The position numbers and the translations under genes were made by a program. A DNA stretch of 42,657 nt, from assembly GCF_006345805.1 (NCBI RefSeq), contig NW_021835077.1, positions 1 through 42,657 of the forward strand, given 5' to 3'. Positions 23,351 through 34,000 of this stretch are shown here, in pieces; position 1 is the first letter of the stretch, and each line of letters opens with the position of its first letter. The notes under the pieces were generated by a model, which was not told the origin of the DNA, searched no databases, and was given only the letters and a program-made list of their open reading frames with translations. Origin of the DNA: Octopus sinensis. Its lineage: Eukaryota.

Positions 23351-23949
23351 GTATGCTTAGTATTAATATTGCAATCTTCAAAGTAGAAATTGTATTAGTT
23401 TATTTCTCAACACAGGAGGGAGACGCTGCAACTCCTTATTTTGTGTAACATCTTGTTGGTGCTGCGCGAGGAATTATCTTTGGACCAGCAGAAATGAGTG
23501 TTTATAGTATCCGAGTTGGCAGACATTCTGCAATCTTCTGCAGAGCTATTGGACTCACAGAAGCCCGACGGAGCACCAGTGAATATAGGTCTGTCCAAAA
23601 CGGCTGACTGGGTGTTAAACAACGTATGTGAGTGTGTATGTATGTGAGTGTGTATGTATGTATGTATGTATGTATGTATGTATGTATGTGTGCAGCAGAA
23701 CATGATTGATCTGGCAAGGCTGATTATCTTTCTTGTGTTGTCAAAAGTGCAGAAGTTGAATCAATAATTATTGAGGAGAAAAAATGTATTTAAATCTAAG
23801 AAACGAGAAATCTTGCGAAGAACATTCGAAGCAAATCTATTGACACTTTTCTCTTACTGATCTTCTCTTTCTTCTTTAATCTTCCTCTCATTGTTCTTCT
23901 CATTATAACCTTGCCGACCAGGAAGATGACAGATATATATATATATAAG

Positions 23950-24179
23950 TTGATTCGCTAGCCTCTGCACGCATTATTTTCCTCTCCTTCTTTGTGTGTT
24001 TCTTCTCTGTGTATCTTTCTGTTGAAGAGCGTAGGCTCGAAACGTTAAAGACTTGTTTTATTTATATTTCCTGAGCGCCATACTAATACAATTGTTTGTT
24101 TGTATTCCACCTGCCTTCGTCTTTTGTTTATTTCCGTAAACCTGCCTTCGTCTTTTGTCTATTTTCATAAAGCTTCCCG

Positions 24180-24180
<1 letters not shown>
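23950..24180 (+). mobile_element. Penelope-like terminal fragment with a hammerhead-like fold (24014-24051), inserted between (TA)n tracts
   Basis: TCTTT-CTGTTGA-A-GAGC(GTAG)GCTC-GAAAC-GTT-AAAGA; a second copy lies on the minus strand at 39766-39965. Confidence 0.6.
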
Positions 24181-24221
<41 letters not shown>

Positions 24222-24487
24222 TAAGCACTAACCATTATAAATAAGATTTTAAAAAAAGAATCTCGCTTTCCATCCAAACAGCGCACTGTCCGTTTGAATT
24301 CTGAAACTGGACCAAATTCTTCACTGTTACAAATATATTTTAAATATAATCTCAGATCTGATATTTCATATCTGATGCCTAGATTTCCTAAAAATGTCTC
24401 TCGCCGTCTTCTTTTAATGTTTTTTTTACCGCTTCTATGATATATGGAATTTTATTTTTATCTGACGTACAACTTGTTTTATCAAAC

Positions 24488-24520
<33 letters not shown>

Positions 24521-24931
24521 CGTGGTGTGTATGTACGTATGTATGTGCATATATGTGCGTATGTGTGTCGTAGGCACAAGGCCTTGTATGCGTATATCTC
24601 TGTTGTGGCAAACACATATGTGTGTATATTCGCATGTTAGTGTAATACATATTTAATGATTTGTGTGGCATATCTCTCTTTGTATGTATGTATCTATCTA
24701 ATTATATATGTGTGTGTACATATATATATATATACATATATATGTGGGTCCCGGATTGAGTCGGGGTTAACCACAGTCAATAAGGTACTCAATACATAGT
24801 AGAGTAAATTAATTTATTTATAGAAGGAGCTTCTACAGGACTAGAACTGTTTCATTAAAAAAAAATGAATGAAACAGTTCTAGTCCTGTAGAAGCTCCTT
24901 CTATAAAATAAATATATACATATATATATAG

Positions 24932-24962
<31 letters not shown>

Positions 24963-24980
24963 TACATACACACACATATA

Positions 24981-25452
24981 CAGTGTGCGATGGGTAAATA
25001 GTCGCAATTTTATATTTTTGATTTAACGCATGCGCGTTGTTTGCTCTTGACTTTCTCAACTACACAGTATAGTAGGGTCACTTGGGCACCATCTGTAAGA
25101 AAAACAGCACCATGGCGCAATTCACCCTGCCAGAAATTTCGAAACGACATGCTGTACTGTTTGGTATTCACGCCAGAAGCTCCAATACGAACGGTTCAGA
25201 GTGTTTGGGTGTCAATCTGAGGAGAGTGCAATGTGAGGACATGTGTACCGAGAGTGATAAAAAATCAAACATTCGGTCAACATAATGGTGTTTGGAGTGA
25301 CCATTAGTAATGGGGATGTTATGCCTCCATTCATCTTTCCACATGGCCTCAGACTCAACACAGAGGCCCGCATTAAGTGCCTGGAGGAGGTAGTGCTACC
25401 CTGGGGCAAGAGGGTGGCTGCGGAAGACCCTACACCATGTCACACAAGCAGG
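24981..25452 (+). pseudogene. Internally deleted Tc1/mariner element (5' end, N-terminus and part of the catalytic domain)
   Basis: TA|CAG start; MAQFTLPEISKRHAV...; MVFGVTISNGDVMPPFIFPHGLRLNTEARIKCLEEVVLPW...TPCHTSR. Related to 5505-5900. Confidence 0.8.
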
Positions 25453-25622
25453 ATGGATGTCTCTTCATCAGGGACGGTGTGAGAAGGTTAAATTGAGGAA
25501 ATACATGAGTTCGAATTATTATGGAAAAGGAGATGAGGAATATGGAGGGAAATAAGAGGATGAAAGTAGAAGTAAGACATATAAAGATATTGTAGTTGCA
25601 GTTCCATTATTCAAAGAATATA

Positions 25623-25980
25623 TACGATGGGCTTCTTTCAGTTTCCGTCTACCAAATCTACTCACAAGGCTTTGGTCGGCCCGAGGCTATAGTAGAAGAC
25701 ACTTGCCCAAGGTACCACGCAGTGGGACTGAACCCAGAACCATGTGGTTGGTAAGCAAGCTACTTACCACACAGCCACTCCTGTGCCTACATATATTTAT
25801 ATATATGTATATATACGAGGGGCTTCTTTCAGTTTCCATCTACCAAATCCACTCACAAGGCTTTGGTCAGCCCGAGGCTATAGTAGAAGACACTTGCCCA
25901 AGGTACCACGCAGTGGGACTGAACCCGGAACCATGTGGTTGGGAAGCAAGCTTCTTACCACACAGCCACTCCTGCACCTA
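25623..25980 (-). mobile_element. Two tandem 5' halves of SINE family B
   Basis: ~165-bp head modules at ~25623-25789 and ~25815-25980, each ending in the microsatellite linker; no 3' domain. Confidence 0.85.
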
Positions 25981-26065
25981 CACACACACACATACACACA
26001 CACACATACACACACACACACAGAAGCTCTCAATACATTTAGTAGGATTTGGTATTATTATTTAA

Positions 26066-26286
26066 CCCTTTTGTTACCAACCCGGCCAAAACCCGCTCTG
26101 GCTCTGTAGTACAAATGTCTTGTTTTCATAAGTTTTTCATTAAAATCTTCCACCAAACCTTAGTCGCAATTTATGTTCCTAATGCTAGCTTAATGATAAT
26201 TAAATTATTTTACTAAATTCTTTGTTATATTTAAAATAATTGAAAGAAACACAGAGCATCTCAAAATAAATACAGTAATGAAAGGG
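26066..26286. mobile_element. piggyBac-type MITE (221 bp)
   Basis: TTAA|CCCTTTTGTTAC ... GTAATGAAAGGG|TTAA. Confidence 0.85.
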
Positions 26287-26707
26287 TTAAACCAGTTTGA
26301 TTCGGCCCCGTGCAACATAAAGTTTTGTGGGCATCTTAGAGGAACCTAGATCATCGTTCAGGCTAGACACACGCACGCACGCGCGCGCACGCTTCCATAG
26401 CCACACATATACATTACGTAGGTAACTGTTATCTCCAATCGTTTCCTGCCTCTCTGAATCCAAGGCCATTCTATTTCTTCTTATCTCACACTTATCTCGC
26501 GCTGGACATTTATTTTTACTCGGCACTTTTTTTATGTGTTTCGCTGCTCTCAAGTTCTTCCTCGACCTCTTTCTCGCCCTCATCATCATCATCATCATCG
26601 TCTCAGTTCTTCTCCTCTCAAAATACCATTCGTCTTCTCCATCATTTCGATCTTGTCCTCATTTGCTCTATTTCATCTTTTCGATTTTTTGTTGCAACTT
26701 CTCTCTG

Positions 26708-26746
<39 letters not shown>

Positions 26747-26789
26747 CATCTTCCTCCTCCTTACCATTATTGTTGTTGTTGTTACTTTT

Positions 26790-27010
26790 AAGGCAGCGAG
26801 CTGGCAGAATCGTTAGCACCCCGGGTAAAATGCTTAGTGGCACTTCGTCCGTCATTATATTGAGTTCAATTCCGCCGAGGTCGACTTTGCCTTTCATCCT
26901 TTCGGGGTCAGTAACATAAGTACCAGTTATACACTGGGGTCGATGTAATCGATTTATTCCCTCCCTCGAAATTGCTGGCCTCGTGCCAAAATTTGAAACG
27001 ATTATTATTA
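26790..27010 (+). mobile_element. Old SINE A' copy
   Basis: GGCAGCGAGCTGGCAGAATCGTTAGC head, shared central domain, tail GAAATTGCTGGCCTCGTGCCAAAATTTGAAAC. Confidence 0.8.
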
Positions 27011-27260
27011 TTTGATGCAAACTCACATTTTATTTTGTTGAGGGTGGTAGAAAGTATGAGCTGTTCACAGCCAGCAGACTAAGGGGACACTCTGTATCCG
27101 GAAACATCTGCATTATTGACGAATTGAATCAAATGAAAGTCTTTCGTCGATATAGCTAAACGACAGCCAATAGAAAGAACATCTACCGAGGGAAAAGTTC
27201 AGTAAGATTTAAAAAAAATATATGCATAGGCGCACGAGTGGCTGTGTGGTAAGTAGCTTG

Positions 27261-27560
27261 GGATCTTTTCAGTTTGAAGGCCAGATTTTCCTAGTTAACT
27301 AAACAATTTGAAACTTCGTATACTGGTAGAATGTGTCAAAAGAAAACATAATTGTAAACCAAAATGAAAACGGAATTGTAATTTCTAAGTTTAACGTTGT
27401 TTAATAATTCGAATTTTAACCAATGATATTCTTTCTTTCGACCTCATATTATTTACTGCCTCTCAAAATATTGTTACTGTGACGTAAACAGCTATTTTGT
27501 GACGTAGTTAACGTAAACATGTAAATAGCTAACTAAAATGTAACATCTCCGCTTATCATA
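27261..27560. mobile_element. Left TIR fragment related to the 4102-4873 MULE-like family, directly following a SINE B head; a right-TIR fragment with (TTAGGG)3 lies at ~29841-29912
   Basis: GGATCTTTTCAGTTTGAA...CTAGTTAACTAAACAATTTGAAACTTCGTATACTGGTAGAATGTGTCAA aligns with 4102-4190. Confidence 0.55.
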
Positions 27561-27844
27561 AACTTCTTGGAGTATATAATAAAATTTGTGTAGATCCTAA
27601 ATAGCTACACACACATGTATACAAACATGTGCATATATATATATATACACCTATACACACATATTCTAATGCATATGCATATATGTGTATATATTTATAA
27701 TGTGTGTGTATTATAGATGCATACATTATATATATATATAAAAGATGTTTACATACAATATATATATGTTATATACTTCTACATGTATATGTATGTATGA
27801 ATATATAAGAACCACAGAATTTGAATCAAACTGTTTTGATCCAT

Positions 27845-27879
<35 letters not shown>

Positions 27880-28480
27880 AGCACTACCATCCATGAGACA
27901 TCCTAACATTATCAATGCTACTACTACTATCATCATCATTATCATCATCATCCACTGCCGTTAGGGTTAGGCTTTGGGTTTTAGGGTTAGGGTTGGGATT
28001 TAGGATTAGAGTTACGGAAACCGAGAAATGAAGAATTGGAGGTGGAGGGGTAGGGGGCAAAAAACTTTTTTTTCCGAAAATATTTGCTGAAATCAAGAAA
28101 TTGCCGAAGAAAGACTTTCACTTTTTCATGAGCGGCTATCGAAAACGCTGGGGTTTTAATATGACAAAAGAAAATACAAAAATGGTGGGCTTTTATGCAC
28201 ATATGTACTAATGGATATCATATATATGTACAAAATGAAACTTGAGATTTCGAAAGAAATTGTGATGTGTGCCACTATTTTCCTTTTCACATCAAATTCC
28301 AATATAATCTGAATATATACATTCTGAAAAGTATTTGTAGCAAATTTCATAAAAAAATACCCAAGTTATGAGGAAACAAAGTCAACTCATGTGAATTTCC
28401 CGAAACCTCTCTTCCTAACCACAGAATTTTTTAAAATATTAAATTCCTACATAAGCGGAATATACATCATCTAAAACATA

Positions 28481-28995
28481 CCGTAAATCCTCAAGTATAA
28501 TCCGCATTATTTTCCCAACATTTAAAGGTCAAAATCCCTAGTGCGTACTATATATGAGGTTAAAAATGGAAATTATTTTCTAAGCAATGTCCAAGTCTCT
28601 ATTTGCTGTCAGGCAATGTTTATTCAGAGGCATTTTGTGATGTCGGGCTCGAAAATACCTTAAGCTAAGCCTAAAAGCAATGAAGTCATAAAAGAATCAT
28701 CCATAACTTGCAATAAGCAACATTTATTAAACGTTATTACTGTTATTTCTTTATTTTCTGCAAACAAAATGCACAAAAAAGCTACACGTTTGCATTATAT
28801 TATATATACAATAATAATAATAAAGGACGTTAGCGTATACATTTTTAGAAACCAAGGACGTTATACAGACCTCCTTGACTCAAGTTAGAGAAGGGGTGCG
28901 TATTATACACAAGGTTTAGGTTTTCCAGAGGTACAGCCCCCTAAAAATCCCCTGCGTATTATACTCAAGGGCAGACTATACTCGAGGATTAACGG
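28481..28995. mobile_element. Tc1/mariner-superfamily (pogo/Tigger-like) MITE, 515 bp
   Basis: TA|CCGTAAATCCTCAAGTATAATCCGC ... GCAGACTATACTCGAGGATTAACGG|TA, with subterminal TGCGTATTATAC repeats. Confidence 0.8.
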
Positions 28996-29464
28996 TAGTT
29001 TTTGAAAATTTCATTAAAAAAATTTACATTTTTCTGGAAGTTGTGAGGCAACAAAGTCGGTCGGGTAGGGGCACACATGTATAGGTAAACCGACATTTGC
29101 ATTATTTTACAATAATCATTTCAAATCCTGCTCGGCTGGTTTTTGTCTTATCTTTCAGGGCCCAATAAAATGAGTTAATCGTAATAAAACAGAGTTGTAA
29201 ACACCCCTGTAGCAATCCATTCAAATGCTGACGTCAGTAAAGTTGGTCAAAGAAAACCGGTCTTTTTACTTTTATTGGAATTTATATTGTATTTATTTAA
29301 GATGCCAAAGAGTTCTGTGTTTTTGTTTTTATGAAGACGCTTCATGAATAATCTAATCTTCTCACTCCTTCGGTCATTGTTTTTCTAAGATAAAAATAGT
29401 ATGATGACTTATAAAATATTTAGAGGAATATTAAGTTTTACAGGCCAGATGTTTAAAAAATATT

Positions 29465-29589
29465 GGAGTGGCTGATTCCGGGTTCAGTCCCACTGTCTGG
29501 CACCTTGGGCAAGTGTCTTCTACTATAACCTTGGGCCAACCAAAGCCTTGTGAGTGGATTTGGTAGACGGAAACTGAAAGAATCCCGTC

Positions 29590-29621
<32 letters not shown>

Positions 29622-29820
29622 TTGTGTGTCTGTGTTTGTACCCCTAGCATTGCTTGACAACCGATGCTGGTGTATTTATGTCCCCGTTACTTAGCGGTTC
29701 GGCAAAAGAGACCGATAGAATAAGTACTGGGCTTACAAAAAGAATAAGTCCTGGGGTCTAGTTGCTCGATTAAAGGTGATGCTCCAGCATGGCCGTGGTC
29801 AAGAGTAACATTAAAAGTAA
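29465..29820 (+). mobile_element. SINE family B with a deletion in the head
   Basis: Aligns with 14531-14956 except ~30 nt of the head. Confidence 0.85.
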
Positions 29821-30181
29821 AACATGTTTTATATGACACATTAGGGTTAGGGTTAGGGTTAGTGTCCGAAGGTTGAAAGTGTTTAGTTACAAAAAATTTA
29901 TTTCTCGATCTGCCGTTCAAAGGGTATATTATTTATTTAAACCCTTTACAACCTAAAAGGGTTATGGGTCAAGAGGAAAATACATCAATCAAATGTTGGC
30001 AAGGCCATCGGTTGAATAAAACAACATTGTTCCTCAACAGAACAATAAGGCTCTATAGTTAGGGGGAAATTTACCCATTCAGTTTCAAAACTCAGGTGGG
30101 GCCAAAAGAGGTCTCTACACATACATACGTATACACACACACACACATACATACATACATATATCCAGACAACTTCAGCTT

Positions 30182-30229
<48 letters not shown>

Positions 30230-30765
30230 TGAAATGCGTTTTTACCGCTTGGTTCGCTTTCAATACCACTACGTCCCGTCCGATTCGCTCCAAAATTTAC
30301 AGGGACATGTAGAATGAGGTGACGATGCCCGTGGGCTACCTTAGAAATCCCTAGCTTAAAAGGTGTGGTTGCTATTGGCCATCTTCCTCACTCACGCTAT
30401 TTCCTCCATTCACCCTCTCACTCCCCTTCATTTGACAAGTCCACTCCCGTTATTTAATGTAAAGTCTTCCTCAAATCACTCTCTCGCTATTTCCTCTCTT
30501 CCAAGAACATTTTCACTCACTCTATCTCTTAGCTTCCCATACATTTTACTCATGTATCTGTCTGCGTTCATAGACAGAAACAAATATTCCATCGCCATCG
30601 CATTCTATTGTCTACCTGTCAACACACACACACACACCCACACACACACACACATTATACATATATCTAATATTATATTTTTATTTTTATGTTTTTGTTC
30701 TTGGTTTTTTACTATTTCATTTGCCTATTAGTGGTTTTATCTCTAATTTAATTTCTACAGCGTGC

Positions 30766-30825
<60 letters not shown>

Positions 30826-31059
30826 TATGTGGCTCCAGTAGACCCGAATGAAATCGGGTTCGCTTCATCAAAATGTGAAAAGGGGTCTAGAATTATCATC
30901 GCCACAACTTATGTATATGTCTTCCTCACTCACTCACTCTTTTTCCTAATGATAATTACCATCGCCACCACCACCACCACCAACACACAATCATGACAAT
31001 CTTTCTCTTAAAACAAATCATGTTTACATTGCAAAATATTTCATTTTCCCGTCCTCCGA

Positions 31060-34000
31060 ATGGCGAGACTTGCTGACACACATGATGAAGGGGAGGCACG
31101 TCTCGCTACTGACCGCATTCAAGCACAACAAAGAAACCGCAATCAGACTGCAGAACAGACACAAGTTACACGGTCTATAGCACGACGAAAACTCAAGCAA
31201 AACAAGGCTGCAAAGAGGGACGAGTTCTGGTACAGGGCCGCCTTCACCTACGATCCTGCTAAAAACTATGCCAACAACAACAAAGTGACCACCGGAAAGA
31301 TGGACAAAATTTGTTCCTCCTGTGGGGCCAAAAAGTGGGATTTCGATGTTCCCGGTCTTTGTTGCTCTCAAGGAAAAGTCCGACTCCCACCGTTACCTGA
31401 TCCACCCCAGGTTCTTCGAGAATTGCTTACAAGTCCATCTGACGGTGCAAAGCATTTTCGTGAAAGAATTCATAGGTTTAATTCGTGCTTCCCAATGACA
31501 TGCTTTCGAACAACGAGCATGCCAGGTTTAAAAAAAAAAACAAAAAACAAATATGCCACGACCTTCAACTGTTGCTTCGACAACAACTGAAAATCTCAGT
31601 GTCCCCGGACCTTCATGGACTGTTACAACAACAATAACGGAAAACCTCAATGTCCCTGGACCTTCAAGAGCTGTTGCGAAAACAGTACTCGAAAACCCCC
31701 ATGTCGACAGACATTCTACAAAGCCTAATTATCATTCAGAGAAGTATGAACATTTTTACACATACAAAATTCATGGACAGTGCTACCATCAAATGGGAAG
31801 TCTTCGGCCGATGCCTGGTAAAGAGCCTACATTCATGCAGGTTTTCTTTGTTGGTGGTCACGATGAGGAACTTGCTATCAGGAAAAAAAAATCCAAAACT
31901 TGAGCAGCGTGTTATTGAAGTACTTCAGATGATGCTCCACCAGACTCATCCTTATGTTCGTGAGTTCAAAAATGCAATGGATACGTTGGATTCTCAACCT
32001 CATTTAAAATTGATGATACATACCGACAAAACTCTTGCCGGTGAGCACCTTGGTCGTTTCAACGCTCCAACTACGAATGAAGTTGCAGCTCTCATGGTCG
32101 ATGAGGTCCATGGAAATCGTGACATAATCCTCCGTCACCGCGACGAAGACATGACTTTTGTTTCAGAATTACACCGATGTTACGATTGCTTGCAGTACCC
32201 TCTCCTTTTTCCTCATGGAGAGGATGGATACCACTTAGAAATTCAAAAGGTTGATCCCACAATTCTCACACTTCTTGACAAGAAGGTTTCCTGCAAGGCA
32301 TTTTACGCCTATCGACTCATGGTGCGAGAAAACGATTTCAATTTTTACTAAGGTGCCATTCTTTGACCATCAGTTTTTGGTCGACATGTATTGTAAAGTT
32401 GAGTCCGAACGTTTAAAATACATTCGTTCTCACCAGGACCAATTAAGAGCAACAGAATACGTTAATCTAGAGGATGCAATGCGTCAAGACGGTGATGCAC
32501 CCAACGTTGGAAAACGTATTATTCTTCCTTCAACATTTATTGGCTCACCTCGGTATATGAATAAACGAATGCAGGACGCAATGACATACCTCGGTAAGTT
32601 TGGAAAGCCGGATCTCTTCATTACATTTACCTGCAATGCATCCTACCTGGCCAGAGATTAAGAGAATGTGTTCGCTGGGCAGCTGCCAGAGCACAGACAT
32701 GACATTGTGGCGCGCGTTTTTCATGCCAAGTTGAAGAAAATGCTATTTTTACTGAAGGTTTTGCATATTTTTTGGCCCACAGTCTGCTTGGATGTATACT
32801 GTGGAATGGCAGAAGAGAGGTCTTACACACGTTCATATGCTAGCCTGGTGTCAGGATAGAATCCACCCTGTGGATATTGACAGAATTGTATCTGCTGAGT
32901 TGCCCGATCAAAATGCTGATCCTCAGCTGCACAGCAGTGTGACAAAGCATATGATTCACGGTCCATGTGGTGACTTTAATCCGAGAAGTCCATGCATGAA
33001 GAATAAAAGATGTTCGAAGCGGTACCCTAGAGACTATTGCGGTCAAACCTGCACTACGAATGACGGATATCCCATCTACCGAAGGCGTGACCCAGGTTTG
33101 GGTGGTCGCACAGCTAGAATAGACAACGGCTAAAAACATTCGATGTTGATAATGCCTGGATCGTTCCATTCAACCCTTTGCTTTCCAAAACATTTAATGC
33201 ACACATTAATGTTGAGTACTGCAGTTCGGTGAGATGTATACAATACCTCTGCAAGTACATTAATAAGGGCGATGATATGGCCGTGTTTGTGTTCAGTGAT
33301 GAAGACCTTAGACATGACGAAATTAAACAATTCGTTTTGGGTAGGTATGTATCCTCCAATTATGCAGCGTGGCGCATTTTTGGATACGAGATTCATCTAA
33401 GCTCACCATCAGTTTTCCCCCTGAATGTTCATTTACAGAAGACACAGCTGATTTACTTCACAGAGAAAAATGCACGTCAAGTCATTGAAAATCCAAAAGG
33501 GACTACGATTACAGCATTTTTTAAATTGTGTTCAGTTGATGAGTTTGCTGCTACTCTCATTTACCCTGAAGTACCGGAATATTATACATACAACAACAAT
33601 AATTGGAAGCGCAGGTCACATGGAACAGAACTTGACAATTGGCCCGGTGTTTCTAGGAAGAACGTCATTGGGCGTGTGTATAATATTCATCCTACCAAAC
33701 AGGAAATGTTCTTTTTCAGAATGCTACTTCATGTAGTTACTGGACCGAAGTCTTTTGCTGATCTTTGCACGGTTGATGGTATCATCTGCGCCACTTACAG
33801 GGAAGCATGTTTGAGGTGCGGACTTCTTCTCAATGACGACCACTTACACAGGACATTAGCAGAGGCCTCAAATTGTAAACTGCCATGGCAAATGCGTCGA
33901 TTGTTTTGTAGCATATTAATCCACTGTAATCCCAGCAACCCTCTTAACCTTTGGGAATCGTTCAAACAGAGCCTATCAAAGGACATACAGGCTAATTTAG

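Noticed and set aside
23495-23497. Selenocysteine TGA in the exon-like island
   Set aside because: No SECIS or selenoprotein motif is visible, and an alternative acceptor explains it more simply.
27261-29912. One 2.65-kb MULE-like element bounded by the two TIR fragments
   Set aside because: The right TIR is truncated and no TSD can be shown; it is kept only as fragments.
30832-30890. Helitron 3' terminus (ACCCGA-ATGAAA-TCGGGT hairpin with CTAG at 30887)
   Set aside because: The hairpin-to-CTAG spacing is ~27 nt and CTAG is followed by A; the opposite-strand reading ends CTACTGGAG rather than CTAG. Possibly a decayed end, but not supportable.
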